A stretch of DNA of 63,743 bases from Candidatus Margulisbacteria bacterium GWF2_35_9 (GTDB lineage: Bacteria > Margulisbacteria > Riflemargulisbacteria > GWF2-35-9). This document shows, piece by piece, positions 17,294 to 27,231 of this stretch (position 1 is its first letter; each line of letters begins with the position of its first letter). The stretch is taken from positions 1 through 63,743 of the forward strand of contig MFRH01000001.1 of the NCBI GenBank assembly GCA_001783275.1, read 5' to 3'. The position numbers and the translations under genes are program-made. The notes under the pieces are model-generated. The model ran no database searches. It was given only the letters and a program-made list of their open reading frames with translations, and was not told where the DNA came from.

Positions 17294-19093
17294 ATGAAAA
17301 GAAAACAACTGTTATTAATTATTTTGAGCCTTTTATGTTTTAACAGTATTGCGCTGAGCAATTCGACGTTTACCGAGACGCTGTTTGAAAAAAAAGATAT
17401 TGCCCATATTAACTTATTGCAACAGTCACTTCTATTTAGTCACCAAATTGACGATAACCAGAATTCATTAAAAAGTCTATTTGCTTTAGGTAAATACTTT
17501 GAGTATATGGATGTATTTAATAAAACATATTCTGCATTAACCGAAGCTGAAAATGAAGACCGTTATTTTTATTTAGTTTCCAACTATTATCAAAAGCAAT
17601 ATAATGAACTAAGCCTGATAATAAAATCAATCGAATATGATGTTCTCACCCCCAAGCAAAAAGCCAACTACAGTCTGATTCTAGCAGTGGACTTGTTCTT
17701 ACATAAAAAATATGCTGAGTTAGAATCGTTAAATGTTCAGGTAAGTAAAGACGATTCTTTTCCAGAACACGTTTCAAAGAGTATCGAAAAACTAAGGAAC
17801 ATACTATATCTGCAGTTATATAAACCAGCTCAGTTTATCCATAAAGATGAAGACTACTATATTGTTCAGGCTTGGAACAATGTCTTAACGGGTGACTATA
17901 AGTCAGCTGGTTTATTTTATGAAAAAGCAGGTCTTTCGAGCAGTAATACCCTTATAATATATAGTAACGGGATGAATGAACTTAAAACAGGAAACTATAA
18001 AAAGGCTCGGGATTTTTTCCTCAAAATGTATGATCCTTCCTATGATAGAGAAAAGACATTTCGGATTATTGAATCATATTTTTATGATAATAATATAAGC
18101 GTTACTGTAGAAAATATAAATCAATTTCGAAGTATCTATCCCAAGGACAATGAATATGGGGAGCCTTTATTAATAATTGAAGCAATGTGTAATTATATTA
18201 GTGGCAATTATGAGCTCGCTCAAAAACAATTTAGCCAAATAAAAAGTAACAATAATGCAAAATTCTATTTGGCAGAAATTTACTATGCAGAAAAAAAATA
18301 TTCACAGGCACAATCAACTTATGAAAGTTTCATAAATAAAAGCAATGTTAATTCAGATTTATATCAAAAAGCGATATATGGACTGGCATGGTCTCAGTTT
18401 AAAGACGGACAATATGTGGCAGCAAAAAGTAATTTTAGTAAACTTATATCGATTGATAATAAAAATAAGGATATCTTATTAAACTCATTGGTAAAGATTG
18501 GTGATTCTAGCTACAATCTGCATACTTACAAGGATGCGTTAAAGGAATATCAATTTGCTGTTAGTAAACTATTGATTCAAAAAGACGCCTATTCACAGTT
18601 GTATAAAACAGCTATTTTTAATGTCGCTAGGATTTATAGTAAGTTAAGGGAATACCAACTATCAACGGAATATCTGAATCAATATTTAAAACAAACGGAT
18701 GATCCTTCAGATATATTCACTGCGAAAACAATGCAGGCAGACAATTACATGAAACTTAAGCAAAATGATAATGCCGCTACTGTTCTGCAAGAATTGATTT
18801 TAACCTATCAACCGAAAAATGAAGATATTTATATCATTCTTGCTGACACCTATTACAATCTGAAACAATATCAAAAAGCAATTGATGCTTATCAAGACTA
18901 TTTGAAGATATTTGAAAATGGGAATAGGGTGGTTGACGCTAAATATGGGATTGTTCAAAGTTTATTCTATTTAAATGACTACGAAGAAGCATTAAAAGTT
19001 GCAAAGGAAACAGACGATATGTTCCAATCCCAATTATATGAAGAAATTCAAGAAAAGATAAAATTTGAGAAGGAACAGGAAAAAAATAAATGA
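17294..19093 (+). CDS. Exported tetratricopeptide repeat protein
   Basis: Signal-peptide-like start MKRKQLLLIILSLLCFNSIALS (start moved to ATG 17294); many TPR units such as AKFYLAEIYYAEKKYSQAQSTYESF. Confidence 0.88.
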   Translation: MKRKQLLLIILSLLCFNSIALSNSTFTETLFEKKDIAHINLLQQSLLFSHQIDDNQNSLKSLFALGKYFEYMDVFNKTYSALTEAENEDRYFYLVSNYYQKQYNELSLIIKSIEYDVLTPKQKANYSLILAVDLFLHKKYAELESLNVQVSKDDSFPEHVSKSIEKLRNILYLQLYKPAQFIHKDEDYYIVQAWNNVLTGDYKSAGLFYEKAGLSSSNTLIIYSNGMNELKTGNYKKARDFFLKMYDPSYDREKTFRIIESYFYDNNISVTVENINQFRSIYPKDNEYGEPLLIIEAMCNYISGNYELAQKQFSQIKSNNNAKFYLAEIYYAEKKYSQAQSTYESFINKSNVNSDLYQKAIYGLAWSQFKDGQYVAAKSNFSKLISIDNKNKDILLNSLVKIGDSSYNLHTYKDALKEYQFAVSKLLIQKDAYSQLYKTAIFNVARIYSKLREYQLSTEYLNQYLKQTDDPSDIFTAKTMQADNYMKLKQNDNAATVLQELILTYQPKNEDIYIILADTYYNLKQYQKAIDAYQDYLKIFENGNRVVDAKYGIVQSLFYLNDYEEALKVAKETDDMFQSQLYEEIQEKIKFEKEQEKNK

Positions 19094-20568
19094 AAAAAAT
19101 AGTTTTTTTATGTCTGTTAATGACCATTATTTGTGTAGCCGATGATAAAAATTTTATTTTGCCGGATTTGTTTGTTACCGCTAAAGATATACGAATGCTG
19201 GATGAAGGGTCTAAATCTGTTTCTCCTATAAGCAAAAGCTGGAAAGCAATCAATTATATTAATAAAGATCAAGGATATTTATCAAGTGATAAAAATATAT
19301 TAGAAAAAATAAATTTAGATGAAGTTGCTAACGGAATGTTTTTTAATGAAGCACAGTTCTCTGTTGGATTGCCATCATATTTAAGCTTTTCCATTTATCA
19401 TGGTTATGAGTGGGAAAAGAAGCCGTATTTTATTATTCTAAACCGTACTATAGGTGATCGTGAGTATTCTGCCTATACGAAAGAAACGGGTGAGTTTTTT
19501 GTTGCGATGGCAATCAGTGATAAAAATATTATAAATTTAAAAATGCTTGAACATAATATTGGTTCAGCCAAATTGAATTCGATACAAGGTGGTTGGCGAA
19601 CTTTTTGGAATATTCCAATAACTTATCAGGTAAAACTATTTAATGCTGGAGCGAATGCAACAGCTGGAAATCCAGCAATTTCTTATTTCCAAAATAATTT
19701 ATCATTAGATATCGGGGAGGTATCAATACTTAATACCACGTTTCCTTCTCAAGTTAACGTGGATTTATTAAATTCAAACAATAATGCTTATACAAGCATT
19801 GAGTTATTATTAAATAAGACATTTGATATTTTGTCGGCACCAAACTCTTTTCAATTTGGCGTAAATGCTTGGGCAAATAAAGGAACTATGAAAATAGGTT
19901 TTTCGCTAAATGACAAAGTAAATTTTCAGTTAACAAAAAATGTCCAGATTGATGCGGGACTCAACTTAAGTAATACAAAAGTAAAAGTAGATGACATGTT
20001 TACTTTCGATTTAGCTGAGATGAATGATCCAAAACTAGAACCAGATGAGAAAGCCGAGATATCTATTACGGTTAATAACTATTTCCACGCAAATGAACAG
20101 TTGATGTTTTCCTATGTTGATTATGCAAATTTAAAGGTTTGGGATGATGTGGATAATGATGGCTATTTTAGTCGTGTTAATGCCAAAAATGTTCAAATAT
20201 TGAAATTGGGTGCGTTATTAAAAGATCTAGTTATTTTAAGTGAAAATATTGATGTCTTGGTTCAATTACCGATCTACAATAAAGACATTCCGAATCAGTT
20301 TACGAAATTTAGCGAAGTGACCTATAAAAAAACAATATATAGCGGTATGCTAAGTGTTGTTGGATCTTACTATTTACGTGAGTTGGGGAAAACGGCTGTT
20401 TATAAAAATGCATATTTCGATATGGATATTAATTATAACAAATCAGTAAATGCTAATTTATGGTGGGGTTTTACAATTGGCAATCTACTATCAAGTGGCG
20501 CAGAAAAAGTGACTGGTCTAAAAATTGGCGCGCCTTATGTGTATTTAAAACTTAGATTAATTTTTTAA
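19090..20568 (+). CDS. Outer-membrane beta-barrel, small TonB-dependent-receptor-like
   Basis: Signal peptide, TonB-box-like LPDLFVTA, alternating beta-strand pattern, C-terminal YVYLKLRLIF ending in Phe; upstream of exbB/exbD/tonB. Confidence 0.65.
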   Translation: MKKIVFLCLLMTIICVADDKNFILPDLFVTAKDIRMLDEGSKSVSPISKSWKAINYINKDQGYLSSDKNILEKINLDEVANGMFFNEAQFSVGLPSYLSFSIYHGYEWEKKPYFIILNRTIGDREYSAYTKETGEFFVAMAISDKNIINLKMLEHNIGSAKLNSIQGGWRTFWNIPITYQVKLFNAGANATAGNPAISYFQNNLSLDIGEVSILNTTFPSQVNVDLLNSNNNAYTSIELLLNKTFDILSAPNSFQFGVNAWANKGTMKIGFSLNDKVNFQLTKNVQIDAGLNLSNTKVKVDDMFTFDLAEMNDPKLEPDEKAEISITVNNYFHANEQLMFSYVDYANLKVWDDVDNDGYFSRVNAKNVQILKLGALLKDLVILSENIDVLVQLPIYNKDIPNQFTKFSEVTYKKTIYSGMLSVVGSYYLRELGKTAVYKNAYFDMDINYNKSVNANLWWGFTIGNLLSSGAEKVTGLKIGAPYVYLKLRLIF

Positions 20569-20586
20569 AAAATAAAAGGAGGAATT

Positions 20587-21216
20587 ATGTTATCAATAAT
20601 ATTAAAGGGTGGAGTGATTGTTTATATTTTGTTCGTTTTTTCAATTATAGGATTTGCAATTTTCATTGAAAGACTTATTTTTTTAAGAAATTCAAGAAAT
20701 AAATCTAAAGATTTTTTACCCGCAATAAAAGAACTTTACAATACAGAGGGAACAAAGGCCGCATATCGCTATTGCAATTTAAATCCGTCCATCATTTCAA
20801 ACATTTTTAAGGTAGGGTTAAGAAATGCAAATAAAGAAAGCACGGAATTACGAAATATTATCGAAAGTTCTGGAGATTTGGAAATTAGAAAATTAGAGAG
20901 AAATTTAGTCGTATTGTCATCTTTAGGGCAAGTGTCTCCATTAATCGGATTCTTAGGTACTGTTACTGGTATGATTCGTGCATTTATGGAAATAGAAAAA
21001 TTAGGTGGGAATGTTAATGCTTCTATTTTAGCAGGTGGTATTTGGGAAGCGCTTATCACGACAGCAGTTGGATTGTCGGTTGCAATACCCCTTTTTCTCG
21101 CATATAACTATGTGGTGAGTCGTATTGAGGAGCATATATTAGAAGTTGAAGAAAATTCTCTAGAGTTACTGAATATTTTGACAAGGAGAGATGAACATGA
21201 AATACGTACGACGTAG
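20587..21216 (+). CDS. exbB: MotA/TolQ/ExbB proton channel protein
   Basis: SPLIGFLGTVTGMIRAF...GGIWEALITTAVGLSVAIP. Confidence 0.9.
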   Translation: MLSIILKGGVIVYILFVFSIIGFAIFIERLIFLRNSRNKSKDFLPAIKELYNTEGTKAAYRYCNLNPSIISNIFKVGLRNANKESTELRNIIESSGDLEIRKLERNLVVLSSLGQVSPLIGFLGTVTGMIRAFMEIEKLGGNVNASILAGGIWEALITTAVGLSVAIPLFLAYNYVVSRIEEHILEVEENSLELLNILTRRDEHEIRTT

Positions 21217-21613
21217 AGCCAATAACAAACTAATTGAAAGTACGGCATTAACCGATATTGTATTTCTACTTCTCATATTCTTTTTGTTAACGTCTTCTTT
21301 TGTAAGTCATACAGGGATTAAAGTTAATCTTCCAGGAATTAATAAACCAATCGAGACCAGTGTAAAAAAGAATATCTCTGTATCAATAAATGATAAAGAA
21401 CAGGTATTTCTAAATGACAAATTAATCGAGAAAGCGTCGTTATTGCCGTTATTAAAGGATATTCTGGAAACGGATGAAGAAAAGATTGTAATATTTAGAG
21501 CGGATAAAACATTGAAAATAGAAAAGCTGATTGAATTGATGGATATTGGAAATTCTGCGGGTGCAGCTAGACTGATTATTGCAACTAAAGTACAGGATGC
21601 AGAAGATAACTAA
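21191..21613 (+). CDS. exbD: ExbD/TolR biopolymer transport protein
   Basis: ALTDIVFLLLIFFLLTS, IFRADK, LMDIGNSAGA. Confidence 0.9.
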   Translation: MNMKYVRRRANNKLIESTALTDIVFLLLIFFLLTSSFVSHTGIKVNLPGINKPIETSVKKNISVSINDKEQVFLNDKLIEKASLLPLLKDILETDEEKIVIFRADKTLKIEKLIELMDIGNSAGAARLIIATKVQDAEDN

Positions 21614-21651
21614 GTATTGATTTAGATATATTCCGGAGCAAATAGAGTATT

Positions 21652-22422
21652 ATGAAAAAAGGTTTTATATGGGCATTACTTGTTTCACTATTCATACACA
21701 TTGTATTTGTGCTAATCTTTTCATTGATTAGCATTAATATAAATAAACCGGATGAGGAAGTTTTTCGAGAGGTATCCTTTGTTTATGAAAAAGAATACCC
21801 GAAGCCTGTTCAAAAAGAAGCTACAAGTATTGCTCAAAAGCAACAATTTAAACCTAAAAAAATTGATACGATAAGGCAAGGGAAGAAAAAAACGGCAGAA
21901 AAAAAAGTAGAAAGTGAAATTGAGAAAAAAGTAAACTTACCTGAAATAAAAAAAATACCTGAAAAACGGGAAGAGACTAAGATTGAAGAGAAGAAAACCT
22001 TAGTTGAGGATAAGAAAGATCAGGTTGCAAATGAACTTGTCACAAATAATCCTCCAACTGAGAACCTGCAAGAGAAAGAGCATATCGGTGGCGATACAGG
22101 AAACGCAGGAGCTGATATTAGACCGAGTGATAACATTATGTTGTTTGGTCCCATCGTAAACCGTAACATTCTTTATTCAGAGATACCGGAATATCCTATT
22201 TGGGCAAAACAAAAAGGCATCGAGACGGAGGTTAGAATGAAATTCTGGGTATCCCCCGAGGGAGAAGTCTATAATATCTCCATCGTGCAGAAATCGGGAT
22301 ATTTAAGACTGGATTTATTAGCTAAAAAGGCGCTTAGTAAATGGAAATTTACCCCTCTTGAAAAAGATATTCCTCAAATTAAACAGTGGGGAGAAATCGT
22401 TGTAAGGTTTGTGCTTTACTAA
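21652..22422 (+). CDS. tonB: Energy transducer TonB
   Basis: N-terminal anchor with SxxxH (SLFIH), K/E/P-rich linker, C-terminal PEYPIWAKQKGIETEVRMKFWVSPEG. Confidence 0.88.
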   Translation: MKKGFIWALLVSLFIHIVFVLIFSLISININKPDEEVFREVSFVYEKEYPKPVQKEATSIAQKQQFKPKKIDTIRQGKKKTAEKKVESEIEKKVNLPEIKKIPEKREETKIEEKKTLVEDKKDQVANELVTNNPPTENLQEKEHIGGDTGNAGADIRPSDNIMLFGPIVNRNILYSEIPEYPIWAKQKGIETEVRMKFWVSPEGEVYNISIVQKSGYLRLDLLAKKALSKWKFTPLEKDIPQIKQWGEIVVRFVLY

Positions 22423-22516
22423 TTTAGAAACACTGAAAACGGTCTTGATTATGGGTTTGCTAGAGTTGACAGTAAATAACAAGCCGTTATAAGCTGTTCT
22501 TATAAAGAGAAACAAA

Positions 22517-23230
22517 ATGGCAAGAATTATAAATTTAACATTAGCACGAAATATTGAACAAAGTTGGGAAAACCTTTCCAAGGTAAATCCTACGAGCAAA
22601 GAATTTTTGATTGACCTTGAGTCGATGGTAAATATTGGTGCATTTAAAGAACTTATCATAGACATAATAGAGAATAAACTAACTGTTGATAATATCGATA
22701 TCGTTTGTTTTATTATAGAAGAGTATTATCCTGCTCTACTGGATAAACTTCTGATCAAAAATCATATATATTATATTAATGAGCGGATAAAGAATTGTAT
22801 TAAATTAATTAATGCACAATCTCCAGATTTATATGAATTTGCGTTTCCATTAGTAAGTTACAAAAAATCAGATTCAAGGATAAATTTTTTAGAATCGATC
22901 CTTTCCTTTGTTGAACTAATGGACAAGGACCATCAAACTATTTTGGAGTTGTTTAATACTCCAATTCCTCAGTATGAACAGATGATTCATTTTATATCCT
23001 TTTTTCAACATGAAAAAATACCACTTCTTCTAGAAAAATTATCATATTTCAAAAAGAAAGAGTATATTAGTTTAACAATAAAACCCATCGGTCAATTTAA
23101 AAATAAATATGCATTACAAGCATTGTCGAGGTTAGAGGAGTTTTATAAAGTTGAGAATCCGGACATGCTACCTATGATATATATGACATTACAAAAACTG
23201 GTATTCAATCGGCCATCTAATTATTTGTAG
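22517..23230 (+). CDS. Hypothetical alpha-helical protein
   Basis: 237-aa ORF on the coding strand; no recognised motif (possibly HEAT-like at the C-terminus). Confidence 0.6.
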   Translation: MARIINLTLARNIEQSWENLSKVNPTSKEFLIDLESMVNIGAFKELIIDIIENKLTVDNIDIVCFIIEEYYPALLDKLLIKNHIYYINERIKNCIKLINAQSPDLYEFAFPLVSYKKSDSRINFLESILSFVELMDKDHQTILELFNTPIPQYEQMIHFISFFQHEKIPLLLEKLSYFKKKEYISLTIKPIGQFKNKYALQALSRLEEFYKVENPDMLPMIYMTLQKLVFNRPSNYL

Positions 23231-23664
23231 TTTTTTACTGTTCGAGCAATTTCTCTATCTGATTCTCGTTTCTTTATTGTTTCTCGTTTATCGACAGTGT
23301 GTTTACCTTTAGCTAAACCAATACATAGTTTAACAACATTCTTTTTGAAATAGAGACTTAACGGAACGATGGTTAATCCTTTTTCTTGAACTTTTCCAAT
23401 AAGACGAGATATCTCTTTTTTATGTAAGAGTAACTTCCTTAGTCGATTGATTTCAATGGGTTGGAAGGTATTGCTGTTGGTATAGGGTTGGATAATCATG
23501 TTATTTATGAATACTTCCGCTGATTTAACAATAATATAAGCTTCAGTAATGGTCACTTGACCGGCACGAATCGATTTAACTTCATTTCCAGACAGAACAA
23601 TCCCTGCCTCTAGTTTTTCAACTATCTCAAAATTAAAATATGCACGTTTATTTTGTATGTTCAT
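23221..23664 (-). CDS. smpB: SsrA-binding protein
   Basis: NKRAYFNFEIVEKLEAGIVLSGNEVKSIR, RKLLLHKKEI, AKGKHTVDKRETIKKR. Confidence 0.97.
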   Translation of the reverse strand: MNIQNKRAYFNFEIVEKLEAGIVLSGNEVKSIRAGQVTITEAYIIVKSAEVFINNMIIQPYTNSNTFQPIEINRLRKLLLHKKEISRLIGKVQEKGLTIVPLSLYFKKNVVKLCIGLAKGKHTVDKRETIKKRESDREIARTVKNYK

Positions 23665-23763
23665 GGTGTTAATATCCTTAATCTACCCAATTGTATCATT
23701 TGTAATCAGTTTCTTCACTTAAAAAATGTTTAAGAAGTAAGTAGACGTTTAAGTTTCTCACAA

Positions 23764-25938
23764 ATGGGTAAAATAATTAATAGAATGATTTATAAAATTA
23801 TATCTGAGAAACAAAAATTAACAAAAAATAAACGAAACCGTGTTCCCATGGGTGAATTTGCCATGCTGTTTAGTAGTTTGACAAAATTCAACATTGGCAA
23901 GGAGGAAGCAATTTCCCCAATCGAGTATATGAAAAAGCTAATAAGCAGTGACGAGTACCTTGCTACTCGAGAAGTTCTGGGTGAGATAAACTTGCAGCAA
24001 AAAACAAACGGAATGAGAGGCGAAGAGGTAATTAATCATAGTGAAAGCACTGCTAAAAATGTTGCTTTTCTCTTGTTGAATATTAAAAAGTATCAAGATG
24101 GCAAGAAAACGGCTATCCCAATAAATTTTGTTTTGGCAGCATTGCTTCATAAAGTTGGAAATTTGGGAGATTTGTGGACCCATCTGGATATTGGGGAGAC
24201 AAGGCTTAAGAAAGTAATCAGCATAATCGAAAACTATCGTCATAATCGTGAGGAACTAGAGGTGTTACTTCATAAAAATAGTCCGAAATTGGCAATAAAA
24301 CTATACATGGAAAATAGTATTCAATCTGCAGAAGAACTTCTTTTTTATTTTGCAGATGCTGTAGACACTATTCAATCAGTCCCGAAACGATACATCGATC
24401 AGAAGGAGGTTGTCTATTTGCAAGTAATGGCAGAGTTGGCTGAGTATTACGAATTAGAAGGGTTCTCTAATGAAATATACTCATATTTATTTCAAGCAAC
24501 AGAAGGTCAGCAACATCTTAGTATTCAGGAATATATGATCAACAATATTGCGTTGAAATATGGGAAAGAATTTAGTGAAAGAAAAATGGCTTTGGAAGAA
24601 CTAATGAAGAATCAGATAGAAACATATTATTTATTATTAAATGATATGGGTATCGATGAAAAAGATGTATTAATAACTGGTAGAATTAAAGAGAGTTTTA
24701 GCATCGCAAAAAAAATACAAAAAATTGATCAGGAAGAATTAGGAAAAAAATTGAAGTTGAAACCAACGCAGTTAAATGAATTTTGGCTTTTTTTAGGAAG
24801 TCATAGTCTATTAAACAGTAAACGAGAGCTAGTCATTAATTCAGATAAAACATTGGAGACAATAATAAATCTGTATGAAGGAGAATATAAAGATGAAATT
24901 ATTAATGAACTTAGGTCATATGCTTTTCATGAAGGGATTAGTCACATACAAGAAAGAAATCTGAATGAGAAAATTCACGACTCAATTGCATGGCGTATTA
25001 TTTTTAAAAATGAAGATGATATGTATTTGTTTTATAGGGAGTTTTTAAATAGAACCGAGTTATCAAGCGGTACAAAATTATTGGATTTTGAGGGGAATCA
25101 AATGAGGAAAAATGTTCTAAGAGCTTATGCGCCTAAGGACGCGCGTCTATTTGATTTTTCCCGAGGGATAGGGATTCGTCCAACAATTAATAAAAATGGA
25201 TATCAATCACTCCATATATCTTTGCAAAGAGAGCATATAGAAAATATGCCAGACCAATTCTTAAAAGACCGTCTCATTGAAGGCGAATTACAGATTCGTA
25301 CATTTAAAATGCACTATCAGGCACTGACCGAAGCATCCCATCATTCCTATAAAGCAGATGAAGAATATGGTGGAGATGAAACGAGTATTGAAGATAAATT
25401 TATAAGCAGGAAAAAAGAGATACAGAATAAGATGGCAGTGATAATCAATGGTGTTCCAATTGTAGTTCCGTATAAAGGAAATTTTGGAATTGCGCTGTAT
25501 GATCTATATTTTAATTATTTATGTCAGCAGGATGATTGTAATCCAAGTGCGATTATAGTAAATGGGATAAAAACAGATAAAAATAGGATTATTCGAAATG
25601 GAGACAGCATTGAATTAAAAAAGGGAACGGGCTCCATTAGTGATTTTCTGAGCAGGTTATCGACGCATTTAAAGTTGAAACAGCAAGTGGATTTGATTAA
25701 AAGTTCTCCTGTATTTAGGGATAAGGGTGATCAATATAGTAGTTCGGGGCAGGCGATTATTCGTCATGTTATAAAAGGCACTCCTAAAAAATATAAGATG
25801 ACCCAAAAGAAGTTTGTAGACATAATGAATAATAACTATGGAGACAAACGAAATATCCTGTCCTACGAAGATTGTCAGCTTGCAGTTGGCTTAGGTCTTA
25901 TTACCGAGCAAAGCTTAAGAGCCCATTTAAAAATCTAA
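23764..25938 (+). CDS. Divergent RelA/SpoT homolog (degenerate HD, synthetase, TGS-like)
   Basis: AALLHKVG (HD lost), GRIKESFSIAKK, HDSIAWRII, NGYQSLH, ELQIRT, ASHHSYK and TGS-like VNG...IRNGDSIEL. Confidence 0.8.
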   Translation: MGKIINRMIYKIISEKQKLTKNKRNRVPMGEFAMLFSSLTKFNIGKEEAISPIEYMKKLISSDEYLATREVLGEINLQQKTNGMRGEEVINHSESTAKNVAFLLLNIKKYQDGKKTAIPINFVLAALLHKVGNLGDLWTHLDIGETRLKKVISIIENYRHNREELEVLLHKNSPKLAIKLYMENSIQSAEELLFYFADAVDTIQSVPKRYIDQKEVVYLQVMAELAEYYELEGFSNEIYSYLFQATEGQQHLSIQEYMINNIALKYGKEFSERKMALEELMKNQIETYYLLLNDMGIDEKDVLITGRIKESFSIAKKIQKIDQEELGKKLKLKPTQLNEFWLFLGSHSLLNSKRELVINSDKTLETIINLYEGEYKDEIINELRSYAFHEGISHIQERNLNEKIHDSIAWRIIFKNEDDMYLFYREFLNRTELSSGTKLLDFEGNQMRKNVLRAYAPKDARLFDFSRGIGIRPTINKNGYQSLHISLQREHIENMPDQFLKDRLIEGELQIRTFKMHYQALTEASHHSYKADEEYGGDETSIEDKFISRKKEIQNKMAVIINGVPIVVPYKGNFGIALYDLYFNYLCQQDDCNPSAIIVNGIKTDKNRIIRNGDSIELKKGTGSISDFLSRLSTHLKLKQQVDLIKSSPVFRDKGDQYSSSGQAIIRHVIKGTPKKYKMTQKKFVDIMNNNYGDKRNILSYEDCQLAVGLGLITEQSLRAHLKI

Positions 25939-25940
25939 TT

Positions 25941-27092
25941 TTATTTTTTTAATAGATTAATGACTGTTTCTACATGAGGTGTATTTGGAAATAAGTCGAT
26001 TGGTTGAATGCTTTCTATGCGGTAAGGTCCTTCCATTAACACGTTCAAGTTATAAACTAAATTTTCATAGCCACAGGCGACATAGATTACTTGCTTCGGG
26101 TTAAGTTCACCGATTCGCCGCATCGTTTTCTTATCGGTTCCGGCTCTGGGTGGATCAAGAATGACGGTGTCAAAATGGGTATCAAATTTCATGTTCGCGA
26201 GCCGTTCGCGTACTCGGCCTGCTTCAAAAGAGGTATTCTGTACGTGGTTCAACTTCGAATTCTCCTGGGCAATATCAACAGCACTATCAACGACTTCAAT
26301 CCCTAAGACACTTTTTGCTTTGTCAGCAATGTATGTGCTGATTGTCCCTGCGCCACAGAAGAGGTCAAGTACTTCGTCTCCTGATTGAACTAACTGTTTG
26401 ATATAATCATAGAGTAGAGTTGCCGCAGCGGTATTTCCTTGGAAGAACGAGTTAACGGGTATCTTAAATGTATAGTCGCCTATGGTGTCGATTAAATAGT
26501 CCTTACCACAGAGTATTTCGCAGTGAGTTAATAATACGGCATCGGCAATTTCCGGTTGATTTGACCAGAGAACCCCATCAATTTTAAAATTATTATAAAG
26601 TGCTAAAGCTAACTCCTTTAAAGTTTCCGATGAACCACCGTTAGTAATGAAGGTGATCAGTTTGCTTTGGTTTTTAAATGAATCACGAATCAGCAGATAC
26701 CGGAGAAGTCCCTGCTTCGTAATTTTGTGATAGGCTGAAAAAGAGTGTTTATTTGCCCATTGTCTTATAAATTCAATAATATCTGCGTTACTTTCTGGAG
26801 AATGTAAACATGCCGAAACATTCACTAGTTTGTTAAATTCTCCTTTTTGATGGAACCCTAATCCAATCTTTTTGTCTTCTGTATTAAAAAAAGTGAGCTC
26901 TATTTTATTGCGATAATGATAAACAATCGGAGAGGGAATAATGGGCAATATTGGTAAATCGTATCGTTTCAGCTTATTTTGAACAAAATCTTCTTTAAAT
27001 TTTAATTGGTCATCATAAGTCAGGTTATAAAGTTTACAACCACCGCAAACACCAAAGATGGGACATGTTTTACTTATTTCCATTTGTAACAA
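25941..27092 (-). CDS. rlmD: 23S rRNA m5U methyltransferase, RlmD/TrmA family
   Basis: CPIFGVCGGC Fe-S motif, YRNK, SFFQGN, LDLFCGAGT, DPPRAG, YVAC, DLFPNTPHVE. Confidence 0.92.
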   Translation of the reverse strand: MLQMEISKTCPIFGVCGGCKLYNLTYDDQLKFKEDFVQNKLKRYDLPILPIIPSPIVYHYRNKIELTFFNTEDKKIGLGFHQKGEFNKLVNVSACLHSPESNADIIEFIRQWANKHSFSAYHKITKQGLLRYLLIRDSFKNQSKLITFITNGGSSETLKELALALYNNFKIDGVLWSNQPEIADAVLLTHCEILCGKDYLIDTIGDYTFKIPVNSFFQGNTAAATLLYDYIKQLVQSGDEVLDLFCGAGTISTYIADKAKSVLGIEVVDSAVDIAQENSKLNHVQNTSFEAGRVRERLANMKFDTHFDTVILDPPRAGTDKKTMRRIGELNPKQVIYVACGYENLVYNLNVLMEGPYRIESIQPIDLFPNTPHVETVINLLKK

Positions 27093-27231
27093 AAACCCCT
27101 TATTTTCCCGATAATATCGGCACTTCGTATTATTTATGTTGAAATTGATTTTTAAACTTAGTATAATAGTTTACTGCTAATAAAAACAAGAGAAATATAT
27201 ATAATATAATCCACAATATTTAGAGGAGGAT

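Noticed and set aside
23221-23763. tmRNA (ssrA) next to smpB
   Set aside because: No GGGG...tRNA-like 5' end or TCCACCA 3' end, and no room in the flanking intergenic DNA.
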